A stretch of DNA of 64,000 bases, from contig LSRY02000018.1 of NCBI GenBank assembly GCA_001643675.2, forward strand, positions 372,001 to 436,000, in the 5' to 3' direction. The translations under genes and the position numbers were made by a program. How positions within the stretch are numbered: the stretch's first letter is position 1; every line of letters starts with the position of its first letter. The stretch is from Monocercomonoides exilis PA203 (lineage: Eukaryota > Protista > Preaxostyla). Below are positions 34,713 to 45,803 of this stretch, one piece after another. The notes below the pieces were generated by a model. That model was not told the origin of the DNA, searched no databases, and was given only the letters and a program-made list of their open reading frames with translations.

Positions 34713-37700
34713 TCATTTCCCATCAAATATATCTTTTATCTCATTCACATCTGGCTTCTCTTCCTTTTCACATTCTCTGCTCTTGTTTTCTTCTTCCTGC
34801 TCTTCACTGCTTTCCTCAAAAATGATTGCATCTGTCATCGTCACAATAAATGTCCCAGCAGGAAACAGTCCAACCAACTCTTTCTTCACTTCAGTGAGTG
34901 TTGGTCTTTTCGATGCCTCCGCTGACAGACACGCATTCACCACATTCTTCACCATGCTCTCTTCGATTCCCCTCTCATTCGGCCTCTCCCCATTCGCGAT
35001 CTTCTGCCCAGCAATCGCTGCCTCATAATCTCCGAACGGGATCTGGAGAGTCAGGCACTCCCACAGCATCATCCCAATTGAGAATGCCACCGACTTCTCT
35101 GTCGCTCCCATATTCTTGTTCATCATCAGCTCTGGCGCCTTCCACCGCAAACTTTCAAATTGATTGTCTGCATCCTCAAATGCTGATGAAGGCAACTGCA
35201 TGTCTCTCCATCTCTTGTTGAACGCTGAGCAATCAGAGGAAGATGTGACAATGGTGGAGGTGGATGATGCAGATGAGGTATCTGAGTCTGATGAGAAGTC
35301 CGAGTGGAGGGCAATGCAGATCACCATGTGCTCTGAAAACAGCACAATGTGCGGACTCAGGTTCGGCAAAGAGGGAAGTTCATCTTCCTCGTCCTCAAGC
35401 GAGTGCAAAGCCCCATTCGCCACCCAGAACAGGATTTGCACACCTGTCAGCTCCCTCTCCTTCAAGTTACCAATCGCTAGCTCCTTCTTTTCATTCCTCC
35501 CATGAAGCAACATGAACAGAGAATCTCTCAAATCCACAATCAGCTTCTCATGTGGAGATGAACAGGCCATCGCATCCACCAGATTCGACATCGATGAGGT
35601 GGTTGGACACAAATCCTCCCCTCGAACAAATATTGTGTCTGTGTCTGATGTATCAGTTGTTGAAGTTGATGAAATAGATGGTGATGGTGTTCTCTTCCTT
35701 ATCTCTTCTTCTTCATCTTTCTCCATCATCCATTGAGGGATCTTGTCTGAATCTCTTCCCAATATATATTCAGTTGATCCGCTTTCAGACAGAAGATGCT
35801 CTTCAGATTCAGAATGCACCATTGCCTTCTCATACACTCTCTTCTTTATCCTCTCTTCATTCTTCTTTTCTACCTCTCTCTCAGCTCTCTTCCACTGCTC
35901 TTCAGGCGACATCTCCATCGTCACCATCTCAAATGCCTTCGGATCTTTTCTGATATTATCATTCACTATCTCTTTCAAATCTTTCGCTTCATTCCTTGCC
36001 TTTCTCCATCGAACAACAAACATAATAAATCCAATCAAAGCTATCAGAAACAACACAGCATATATCACAATCACAATCAATGCCCATGATGATTTTTCTT
36101 CTTTTCCTCCTTCAACAATTCCTTCATCGTCTTTTGATCCAGGACCACTTGCATTCTTTAGAATGAACGAGTTTGTTGATGAAGGAAATTCTTCATTCCC
36201 AAACAAAATTTTTACGCTCACTTCGATTTCATCTCCACAACTGCTTATTAGATCCTTTGCAACGCTTCCTTCTGCTTCTCTTTCTGACAAGAATCCATTT
36301 GAATCAAAATCATGTTTTTCAATCTCTTTCTCCTCTCCTTTTCTCTTCACAACTGAGAATGACAGATTGCATGGAACAAGAAGCATCCCTTTGAATGTCA
36401 GTTTCATTCTATTTGCCTCCTCTTTTGCTTCCACACTCTCCAGAACAGGAATGAAAAATGATGAATCTCTCTCTGAAACAATCCCTTCAAAACTGCACCC
36501 TTCATTCAACATCCAAAGAGATGTTTTTGGAAAAACTCCATCTCCTCCTTTCAAACTCATCACATTCAATGTTCCTGAATCTGAACAGATGATATTCCTT
36601 CTCAATGATGGATATCCTTCAATGGATGGGTTATTGTTTGAGAAATTACCTGTTTCAATTATTATATTTCCTCCACTCATTGTTATTCCACCTTCTGGTG
36701 AATTCGAGATTGTTGTATCTTTCATCATCACAGAACTCCTCACAACATCAACAAGAGAACCTTCCCATCTGCACATCTCTTCTTCTGTATTTGAATTCTT
36801 TTCATTTCTTTCCTTTGAATTTCCATCAAAAATGCAACTGTCCATTTTCACATCTGTGCAATTCTCCAATTTCATCAATTTCCCTTTTGTTGTCTTTGAA
36901 CTTACTCCACCCATTGTGCAGTTTGTAAATTGCATCTTCTTTTTCATTGACAGGCAACATATCAATGATTCTTCGTTTCCTTCAACTGTGATATTTTCTG
37001 TATTGAAATCCTTTATTGTTAATTGCCCACATTCATTAATATCAATCAGAGAAGTTTCTATTGTTGAATTGCAAATCATTAACGAATCAAATACCGATGA
37101 AAGTTGAGAAGAAAGAGAAAATGCAGATTCTTGAAGAATTAGATTTGATATAGAGCATCCATCGAGTTGTAATTCTCCTTTTTCCATTTTTATAATGTGA
37201 AATTGAATGCTTGCAAATTCTGTATTAACACCTTCCACTGGAAGTTTTGAACTGAATGAACAACTCATGATATCAAGAATTCCTCCCTCTGGCGATATCA
37301 GTGATTCATGTTGAGAAATGAAATTCGAATCAAACACAAAATTCACTCTCACCAACGATACCGTTCCATCTATTGTTATCAAAGCCTCTCTTGTTTTTTC
37401 AATACTTGATTTCACTTCAACTTTGCAAACTTCTCTGCTCTTCGAACTCAAACTCATTTCCTTCAGATTCATCTCTCCACCAATCACGCTCTCTGCAACA
37501 ACAATCATTTGACTCATAAAATCTGAAGTCAGATGCATTAGTCCATAATCAATTGAATCACAAGGAAGTATGTTTGTTCCACATTGCCTCTCATTTGATC
37601 CATTAACACTGCTCACAACAACTGTATCACTCTGATGAATCGTCACAAGCCCAATCAGATCTGTGTCTCTTGGAAAGTCGCAACTGTCACTTCCATATAT

Positions 37701-40700
37701 TGCATTATCTCGATTGAAATGGCCTTCTCGAAGATCAAACTGGAATTGGTTTTCGTTGATCTGCGATGTGATGTTGAAGCATTCAATGAAAATATCTTTC
37801 CCCGCTTTTGCTGTGTTCGCACTGAACTTCATTCCCATAAATGTGAAATTCAATTCCCCTGTTTCCTTTGTTGCCAAATATACCCCTCCTCCTTTCCCAT
37901 TGGTACAGCTGCAATGGCTAATTGTCGAGTCAATCATCTTCATCGATCCAGATGCACCCAATGTGAAGAATATTGCCCCACCCTTTTCACTTGTTTCTGC
38001 TTTATCTTCTGTGATGTTGCTCGAATTCACAACCAAACAAATCTTATTCTCGCTCATTGATTCCAAAATGGTTGCTCCATTATCACTTCTCTTCACTCCT
38101 GAAAATGATGATTTCTCAATCTCAATATTTGCACATTCTTCATCTCCTTCATTTATCTTTGTCATTGATTCAGTTCCTTTTATCAGAAGAAGACAATCCC
38201 CACTTTCATTCAACGATTCCACTCGAATATTCAACAAATGGCAAATAATTCCAGAATCATGAATAACAAAAATACCGTTTCCAACATTGCACGATTCAAT
38301 TGACAAATCATTCACTTCCACGTTTCCTCTAACCACATCCACAAATACACAATCAAATCCATTGTTCATTCCTGCCTCTGAATGGAATGAGCATCCAGTT
38401 ATCACCAAATCTCCACCTTTGTTAGAAATAATTGTTTTGGCAGAATTGTCAAATCCTGATGTTATTTGAAGTTGGATGTTGTACAATTCAAGATGAATAT
38501 CATTTTCCATGAAAAAATAAAGTTGACTTTCAATTGCCTTTTCAAAATTCAATTTGGCTTTTGTATCTTCCTCTCCCATCTTCACACTCTTTTTGATTTG
38601 ATAATTGGATATGTTGAAAGAATCTCGAATGATAGTTGATCCTTCAATCTGAATTGTTTTCATTCCAATCTCCTTTTTCATGTTTTCCATCCCTTTCCAC
38701 ATTGTTTGACATGGTTCTTCCTCGCTTCCACAACGTGCAACATCAAATCCTTCAGATGAGATAAATATCTCAGTTGAGCTGTATGGAACGAGGAACATGA
38801 ATAAATCTTTGTTTGAATGAAAGTTGTCACTTCCAACAAACAAAGTTTTATCATTCTTCATTTCGGAATAATCAAACTTGAATGTATCATTTGTCACAGA
38901 AGCATTAAAATCCTTTCCCAAAATGAACACATTCTTTCCAATGGCTGCTTTATTGTTTGCAAACAAAACGTTTTCCAAAAGAAGTGGCTTTTCATTCAAA
39001 CAATTTTGATAATCCAAATACAAGAATCCTCCTTTTCCATTGCTTGATGAAATTGAGCAAGATGATGCATTTGTTGATTGAATGACCAATTCTTCATTCC
39101 CTTGAAACGTCACTTTTGCAACACCTCCTTCTTCGCCGCTGCCTGTGTTCTCAATGTTCGAAAAGTTGTTGTTTTCAAACAAAACCGAAGAAGTCATCAC
39201 CAATGGTGATTTGATAAATGAGCAATCTGTCAAACTGCATCCTGCCAATGTACAACTTCCAGTGGTCATGGTTATCAACGAATACTGAATTATTTTTGAT
39301 GTTTGATTTTCAAAGGAACAGCTTTCGAGTTGAATTACTCCACTCGAAGAGATCAAAGAATTTATATTTGGCACAAATTGACTTGGAATCTGCAATTTCA
39401 AAGACAACAAGCTGAATGGCTGAGTTGATGAAATAACAGATGAAGTTAATGTAGAATTCCCTTTGATTGTCCCTTCAAAATGAATTGACTTGTGTTGAAC
39501 TTCATCTCCTTCATTCACACACCCATCAATCACAAGTGCATCCGTGAAAGAATAAATATCTTCAATTGTTCCTTCATCTTTCACTTTCACTTTCCTTTCT
39601 CCTTCTGTTCCATTTCTGTCAATGTGGTCAATTCCACTTTTCATCGATTCGCATGGGAATTTTTCACTTCCACATCCCAATGTGTCATGACCACCAGTCG
39701 ATACAGACACCTCTGTCCACTTCAAAGAAACAAGAAACACTCGAAGATCCATTTCTCCATATTTTCCATCTTCCCCAACAAATGCATTCCTATCATCTTT
39801 GAAATTTGTGCAATCAAATGCAAAACGCTCTGTATTCACAGTATTCACCAGGCTGCTGCTCTTTACAAACATGTTCTTCCCAACTGTTGCCGAACATCCA
39901 GAAAATGATATCGAAGAGAGCTGAACTCCTCCTTCATTCAAACTGCAATCCAGATATATCCCTCCACCTCTTCCGCTGAAACTCGCATCCTCGCTCACAC
40001 AACAACTGGAGAAGGTGGTGTTGCTCACAGAAAATGTGTTGGTAGAAGCAGATGAGGCGAATGAGATGCACCCGCCATTGGTGGCAGTCTGTTGGCTCAA
40101 CTGTTCTGAGTTGATGCTGGTCATGGTGCAGTTGGCGAGGGAGAGGGAGAGGGCAGGGGAGGTGGCAGAGGAGAGGACACAGCTGGATGGAATAGCTGTG
40201 GAGGTGATGTCGGTGATGTTGGAGGAGTTGAGGGTGAGGGGAGCGGTGAGAGAGGTGAGGTGGAAGATGCTTTGGCTGTTGAGGGCGAGACTGGTGATTG
40301 CTGTGTGGTTGAGGGCGAGGGAGCCAGCAGTGATGAAGAAAAGTGGTGTGGTGATTGATGATGAAGATGAGGTTGTTCCGGTGATGGTGGTTGTGTTGAG
40401 GTTGAGGGAAGGGGAGTTTTGGGAGAGGTGGAAGAGGATGGGGGTGATTTGGTTTGAGGAGTTGTGGGCGATGGCGAGGGCAGAGACTGTGAGGGAGCCC
40501 TGTGTCTGTTGGAAGAGGGCAGAAGTGGCAGATAGATCTGGCGAAGAAGAAGATGATGATGACAAGGATGAAAATGAAGAAAATGATGATGCTGATTGTG
40601 ATGACTGTGCATTTGAGTTTGGTTGTTGGTGAATGCCACTGGAGGCAATTGTTGTGGCATCTGTTCCATTTCCGGTGATTTTTGTATTTGGAGCACGAAA

Positions 40701-42749
40701 TGTGAGAGTCTTTGTTGGAGTGAAAGTGGAGACGAGAAGAGAGAGGGAGGCATCGCTGAAGGGAGCAACGCATCCGAGAGCATACTCCACCGTGGCACAT
40801 GGTCTTTCCTGTGCTTTGCCACAGGCATCGAAATCACTTCCACCATTTGAGACTATTTTGTTCTGGTTGATGATTGGAAGCCAACTGTTGTACACATCAC
40901 TATCAGCTTTTCCATTATTATACACTCTTTGTGTTAGAGTCGTTGAACCGCATTGCTGGAATGGAGATTGGGTGATGCTACTTCCATTAAAGAACACATC
41001 ATTCCCTCTTCCGTTTGTTGCAGTGTTTCCATCAAAGAAGCAGAATGAAATAAATTTTGTACCACTCATCCAAGAAAAAGTTAAATAAAAATAAATTCCA
41101 GCACCACCCCATGTGGAAGAGGCGGTCAATTTGTTGTTTGTGAACTGACAATCATTGATTGAGAATTGATTTGGTTTATTTCCTGGAGGATTAAAAAATG
41201 ACAGAGAACCAGCACAATCACTTCCCGTATTTGCTATACACTTGCATTTGGAAAACAGGAATTGACCATTAGAAGTCATATTATTGAGCTTAAAATACCA
41301 ACCGGTTCCACACCAATCAGAAATATTACAGCTTTCCACTCTGTTTTCTGAGAATGTCAAAACGGAATTTGATTGAAGATACCACATGGAAACACCACCT
41401 CCATTTCTTGCCTGACAATTTGTAAAATTGCTTTTGGTTAAGTTGATATTTAACAAATTTCCACAGTATAACGCTCCTCCGATATCACCACAAGAACAAT
41501 TGTTGAATAAACAAGAAGTGATTTCGAGATTTGCATTTGCGCAAGAAACATGCAGTGCTCCACCCCATTCGCTTGATCCGCCGCTTGAATCTTTCCATTC
41601 GCACCATTCAAAGAGATAGCTATTCAATTCAGTAAAAGCCAATCTTCCAGGTGTTTTTCTATGAGTTTCAGATCCGTTATATTTTACAAGTTCATTTGAT
41701 GAAGAACGTGTTTGGCGAAGAAAAGAAACATTGAAGGCAGAGAGAGAAGTGGATGGACTGTTGAGGTTGGGGAGAATGGCACCATCGATGGGGTCGTGGG
41801 TGTGGAGGAAGAGGGATGAGTGGATGGAGAGGGATGAGTGAAGAGAGAAGGAGGTGATTGTATTGGTGTTGGTGTTGGACGTTGAGATAAGAGGATTGAG
41901 TAAGTGTGAGTGAAGGGATTGAAGAGATAGAGGGGATTGGGGAGAGGAGATGTTGGAGAAGAGGGTGTTTGAGAGATGGAGATAGAGGTGGATTTGGAGG
42001 TGGGGATGGGATTGGTGATGGATATGGAGAGGGGAAGGGGAAGAAGAAGAGGAAATCGAAGGGGAAAGGGAAGGGGAAGGAGAAGAAAAAGAAGAGGATG
42101 AGAATGAGGATGAGAAAGATGAAGGAGAAGGGGAAAGGGAAGGAGATGGAGAATGGGATGAAGAGGGGAGGGAAGAAGGAGAAAAAAGGAAGGGTTGTGA
42201 GAAAGGGATGAACGAGGAGAAGGAGGAGTGGGAGATGGAGAAGGAGGCAGGGATTGGGGAGTGGGCATGTGGGAGGAGATTGTTTGGGGTGGAGAAGAGG
42301 GGGAAGGAGAAGATGGCAGGTTGGTGAGTGATGAGGGAGAAGTTTGTGAGTGCGATGGAGGCATGGGCAGAGAGGAAAAGTGGAGATTTTGTTGCTGGGT
42401 TGACTTGGCAAGTGGAGGAGCAGATGGAGGCAGCGGAGTGGTGTTGGGCAGTGAGGAGTGGGCAACCGCTGAAAGGGATGATGTTGAGATGGGTCACACA
42501 CAAGGAGGCGTTGATGATATTCAGACTTGTTCGAGCACAACTGACACGATCTTCAGGCAAGAACATGGCTTTTGTTGCACCAACGCCATTTTTATTGTAG
42601 TATTTGTTGCTGTTGTTTTCAATGCTGATTGTGCTTTCTGGCACCTTCAAATTCATTTCTTGTTGATTTTGTTCTTCGGCAATGCCTCTTTCATTGCTGC
42701 AACGAACAACAACAAAAATAATAGCAGCAATATTAAATGCAGTTCTCAT
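34713..42749 (-). CDS. Giant single-pass surface/receptor-like protein, paralog of 3-8387
   Basis: 2678-aa ORF with signal-peptide-like start, the same repeat modules, TM WALIVIVIYAVLFLIALIGFIMFVV+RWRK, and the same degenerate kinase tail. Confidence 0.88.
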   Translation of the reverse strand: MRTAFNIAAIIFVVVRCSNERGIAEEQNQQEMNLKVPESTISIENNSNKYYNKNGVGATKAMFLPEDRVSCARTSLNIINASLCVTHLNIIPFSGCPLLTAQHHSAASICSSTCQVNPATKSPLFLSAHASIALTNFSLITHQPAIFSFPLFSTPNNLLPHAHSPIPASFSISHSSFSSFIPFSQPFLFSPSSLPSSSHSPSPSLSPSPSSFSSSFSSSSFSSPSPSLSPSISSSSSPSPLHIHHQSHPHLQIHLYLHLSNTLFSNISSPQSPLSLQSLHSHLLNPLISTSNTNTNTITSFSLHSSLSIHSSLFLHTHDPIDGAILPNLNSPSTSLSAFNVSFLRQTRSSSNELVKYNGSETHRKTPGRLAFTELNSYLFEWCEWKDSSGGSSEWGGALHVSCANANLEITSCLFNNCSCGDIGGALYCGNLLNINLTKSNFTNCQARNGGGVSMWYLQSNSVLTFSENRVESCNISDWCGTGWYFKLNNMTSNGQFLFSKCKCIANTGSDCAGSLSFFNPPGNKPNQFSINDCQFTNNKLTASSTWGGAGIYFYLTFSWMSGTKFISFCFFDGNTATNGRGNDVFFNGSSITQSPFQQCGSTTLTQRVYNNGKADSDVYNSWLPIINQNKIVSNGGSDFDACGKAQERPCATVEYALGCVAPFSDASLSLLVSTFTPTKTLTFRAPNTKITGNGTDATTIASSGIHQQPNSNAQSSQSASSFSSFSSLSSSSSSSPDLSATSALFQQTQGSLTVSALAIAHNSSNQITPILFHLSQNSPSLNLNTTTITGTTSSSSSITTPLFFITAGSLALNHTAITSLALNSQSIFHLTSLTAPLTLNSSNITDITSTAIPSSCVLSSATSPALSLSLANCTMTSINSEQLSQQTATNGGCISFASSASTNTFSVSNTTFSSCCVSEDASFSGRGGGIYLDCSLNEGGVQLSSISFSGCSATVGKNMFVKSSSLVNTVNTERFAFDCTNFKDDRNAFVGEDGKYGEMDLRVFLVSLKWTEVSVSTGGHDTLGCGSEKFPCESMKSGIDHIDRNGTEGERKVKVKDEGTIEDIYSFTDALVIDGCVNEGDEVQHKSIHFEGTIKGNSTLTSSVISSTQPFSLLSLKLQIPSQFVPNINSLISSSGVIQLESCSFENQTSKIIQYSLITMTTGSCTLAGCSLTDCSFIKSPLVMTSSVLFENNNFSNIENTGSGEEGGVAKVTFQGNEELVIQSTNASSCSISSSNGKGGFLYLDYQNCLNEKPLLLENVLFANNKAAIGKNVFILGKDFNASVTNDTFKFDYSEMKNDKTLFVGSDNFHSNKDLFMFLVPYSSTEIFISSEGFDVARCGSEEEPCQTMWKGMENMKKEIGMKTIQIEGSTIIRDSFNISNYQIKKSVKMGEEDTKAKLNFEKAIESQLYFFMENDIHLELYNIQLQITSGFDNSAKTIISNKGGDLVITGCSFHSEAGMNNGFDCVFVDVVRGNVEVNDLSIESCNVGNGIFVIHDSGIICHLLNIRVESLNESGDCLLLIKGTESMTKINEGDEECANIEIEKSSFSGVKRSDNGATILESMSENKICLVVNSSNITEDKAETSEKGGAIFFTLGASGSMKMIDSTISHCSCTNGKGGGVYLATKETGELNFTFMGMKFSANTAKAGKDIFIECFNITSQINENQFQFDLREGHFNRDNAIYGSDSCDFPRDTDLIGLVTIHQSDTVVVSSVNGSNERQCGTNILPCDSIDYGLMHLTSDFMSQMIVVAESVIGGEMNLKEMSLSSKSREVCKVEVKSSIEKTREALITIDGTVSLVRVNFVFDSNFISQHESLISPEGGILDIMSCSFSSKLPVEGVNTEFASIQFHIIKMEKGELQLDGCSISNLILQESAFSLSSQLSSVFDSLMICNSTIETSLIDINECGQLTIKDFNTENITVEGNEESLICCLSMKKKMQFTNCTMGGVSSKTTKGKLMKLENCTDVKMDSCIFDGNSKERNEKNSNTEEEMCRWEGSLVDVVRSSVMMKDTTISNSPEGGITMSGGNIIIETGNFSNNNPSIEGYPSLRRNIICSDSGTLNVMSLKGGDGVFPKTSLWMLNEGCSFEGIVSERDSSFFIPVLESVEAKEEANRMKLTFKGMLLVPCNLSFSVVKRKGEEKEIEKHDFDSNGFLSEREAEGSVAKDLISSCGDEIEVSVKILFGNEEFPSSTNSFILKNASGPGSKDDEGIVEGGKEEKSSWALIVIVIYAVLFLIALIGFIMFVVRWRKARNEAKDLKEIVNDNIRKDPKAFEMVTMEMSPEEQWKRAEREVEKKNEERIKKRVYEKAMVHSESEEHLLSESGSTEYILGRDSDKIPQWMMEKDEEEEIRKRTPSPSISSTSTTDTSDTDTIFVRGEDLCPTTSSMSNLVDAMACSSPHEKLIVDLRDSLFMLLHGRNEKKELAIGNLKERELTGVQILFWVANGALHSLEDEEDELPSLPNLSPHIVLFSEHMVICIALHSDFSSDSDTSSASSTSTIVTSSSDCSAFNKRWRDMQLPSSAFEDADNQFESLRWKAPELMMNKNMGATEKSVAFSIGMMLWECLTLQIPFGDYEAAIAGQKIANGERPNERGIEESMVKNVVNACLSAEASKRPTLTEVKKELVGLFPAGTFIVTMTDAIIFEESSEEQEEENKSRECEKEEKPDVNEIKDIFDGK

Positions 42750-43254
42750 ATAGAGAAGTGTTTCGATATGGATGTGGATGAAAGAAAAAAGTTCAAATTA
42801 AAAATTCCTGCGCCCATACTATTTTAAATTTTTCCGAAAATAAAAATTTTGTATAATTGTCATTCTCATGAAATCTGATGAAACGTGCAAGAAATAGATT
42901 CTTTTATTATCATCCGTTATTCAAGTTTTTTTTTTTCCAACTGCTCAAAAGATTTAATCAAATAGAATTAGAAACAAAGCGTAATCATAAATATTTTTAT
43001 TCGGTTTTTTTTATTTAATATTATCAAGGACGAATTGAGAAAAACTTTTCAAAACAAAATGTGTAGAAAATTTTGTTCTATAAAAAATCGCTTTTTTGAA
43101 AAAACATATTGAATGCTAAAAAAAAAATGAATCATTTAATTATAATTGAGTTTATAAGAAACGAAGAAAAGTACATACATAAAACTTTCAAACATACACA
43201 CACATTTTAAAAAAATAAATAAAAGAATGAATATAAAAGTGAAATTTTTATTTT

Positions 43255-44850
43255 TCAGGGGATTAATGAAGCAAGCTCTTTCTTAAAGTTTTCAGTGATT
43301 ATTCCTTTGGATTTTGAGTTTTTTGTTGATGTATAATAATTCTTTCTCAACTGAAGCTTTTCCTCGAATTTGATGTCTCTCCACAAATTTGACATTTGAA
43401 TTGAAAATCTTTCAATTCCTTCTTTTGTTTTACGATATCTTTCTTCTTCATGCTCCACAAAACCCTTCACTCGACCGTTCTCACGATGCATCGGAAGGCC
43501 AAGTTGCTTTCTCAGCCACTCAAATTTCTTAATCGCAAAGAAGAGATTCACCGCTCTCTTTTCACATTTCCAATCAATCATCTCAGCATCACGTGCGCTA
43601 TAATGATGATCAAGAAATGAAGCACATGCCAATGTAAATGCAGGTGCGCCAAAAGAAATTTGGCAAAGCCCAAAATGGATATTTATTGTTCCATCAAGTT
43701 TATGTGGAACCAGAATCAGGGGAGGAAAAACAATCACACTTGCACCAATAATGAGACGAACAATTATCATTTTATCTCTCAACTCCATGTAATATCCCAA
43801 TCTGTTTCGAACAAACATCGTCGCAGCCAAACGGGTCAAAAGAATTAAATTGCTTAAAACTGGAAGAAAAAAGACACTTTTCTATTACAGAGTCATCAAA
43901 TCCGATGGAATGTTGTTTGCATGTGCTGTTTGTTGCATTAAGGATTTGCGATAAATAAAAGAGAGAAAATTTATCAAAAGAGAGAAAAATATTCGATAGA
44001 TCAGCTCACAAGCACGTGAAATCAAGTCAAACCATCTGCTTTCAGTGAAACAAGAGCCAAAAATAAAAGCACAGCAGCAACAGATATTATGTCCAGCATT
44101 ATGAAAAATCGCCTACAAAGTCTAACTTCCTCCATTTCAATTATCAGCAATACACAAAGAAATCCAATTTCCATCACAAAATTCGGCCACATGAACGCAA
44201 ACATCGAAGTGTGCATCCAAAAATAGTCAAAATGCAGTGCAGGAAGCATCATCAGCAAATATAACAGATTGCTTATAATGCATGAACTAAATTCACTGAA
44301 AAAATCAAAACGGAAAGAAAAAACAGAAATTAATGATCTCATCAGTAGAGCAGAGAATGTCAAAGTGTCCGAGAAGGGCTTTATTGTCGTATTTCCTTCA
44401 AAACGATTTCTGAAGGCAATTTCACAATTTCTGGAGAAACTTATCAATCCCAACAAAAATAAGATCAAAGAAAATAATCGTTTCAAATTATCGATTTTGT
44501 GTCTAAAGTGATTATCTTTCAAAATCCTTTTCGCTTTCAAAGAAATTTCAGGATAATCTTCTTCTTTAGCCAGCCTTTTGTATATTCTTAAATTGAAAAT
44601 GTATTTTGAAAAAAAGCGAAAAAAAAATATTTGTAAAGAGCATTTCATTTTGAACATGTGATTTATCTTCAATAAAACCTCAAGGTACCTTTCCACCCCT
44701 TGGGCTGACTCTATATTTGTAGCTCTCCTTCCTGTCTTCTTTGGTTTGCGGGTGAAATAACGAAATTTTTTCAAATGCGCATTCTGGCAATTAGCAAATC
44801 TTGTGAAGAAAAGGTATTATTGATCTTCATTTGATTTCATCGCATCTGCT
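43255..44850 (-). pseudogene. Multi-pass membrane protein gene, frameshifted (or with unresolved introns)
   Basis: Two hydrophobic ORFs (44022-44774, 43255-43839) separated by coding-like sequence with no clear AT-rich intron. Confidence 0.5.
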
Positions 44851-45503
44851 CATGAATGCAAAAGAGCAAAAAATTCCAAAAATATGTTGAATCACATTTC
44901 AAAAAAACCAATTACACATTCTTGTGAATTTGAAATACAATTGAATCTGTTATTCACCTACATCAGTGAAAGGATTATTGAGCAATCGAAATTTTCAAAG
45001 ATTCTTTTTGTTGGAGAGTACAAGCAAAACAGTTCATTCTTTTAAGTGATTATCAATCGCTATTCACACTTCCTCAAAAGGTCATCTGGAAGGTCATTTG
45101 GAAAATCCTTTCGTGAAAAATAAAACATGCTCAATAAAAACATCAGGTAAATGCACAAGATACGACCGGTCACAAATTTGTCATATGTTATAGCTACGAT
45201 TATAACATAAAGTGAGCATAAGTTTTTTTCTGCCTATTGTGTGCGGAAACTGTGAAATATGTTATTTCCAATTTTCGTGATAATCAAAAATCCTGTTCAA
45301 TTTTAAATGAAATAAATGAGTTTTTTTAGGGCTTTTATTTGTTCGCTTTTTTTATCAAAGTTTTTCTGTTTGGGTCTTACCCAAATCAACTTATTGGGGT
45401 TGAACTCTGTTGCATGAATTACTCAATTTTATGAAATATAAAAATTATTTATAATTGATCTAAATATGCTCTATTCAAATTGTGGTCAAGAAAAACTGAA
45501 TAT

Positions 45504-45758
45504 GGGTGCTTATTATTGAAATCATAACTTTTTTCGGGTTGATCATATATCAAAGGTTGATTTTCCTTTGAAAGAGATATTGTCTTCAATTTGTGTATTT
45601 ATCACAACTGTTTAAAATACAAATGTTCGAGTTCAAATAAAGATATCGAAGTTTTTAATAAGCCTTTTCACTTTTCAGTATTTTTTTGTTGATATTCAAG
45701 AGAAATATTCGAAGCGAAATTATTGAAAGAAAAAATATAATTTCAAAAATAATCGCCC
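45504..45758. mobile_element. MITE family A copy 6, 255 bp
   Basis: GGGTGCTTATTATTGAAATCATA ... TTTCAAAAATAATCGCCC, TSD ATAT; empty site with a single ATAT is present in the 14.6-kb copy of family B. Confidence 0.92.
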
Positions 45759-45803
45759 ATATGTTCAAAGCATATTTGAGTGCATTCTAGGAGAATTTAA
45801 ATA

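Noticed and set aside
35743-37107. 454-aa antisense ORF and similar shadow ORFs over the giant genes and low-complexity genes
   Set aside because: Explained by codon bias and simple repeats on the coding strand; no domain signal.
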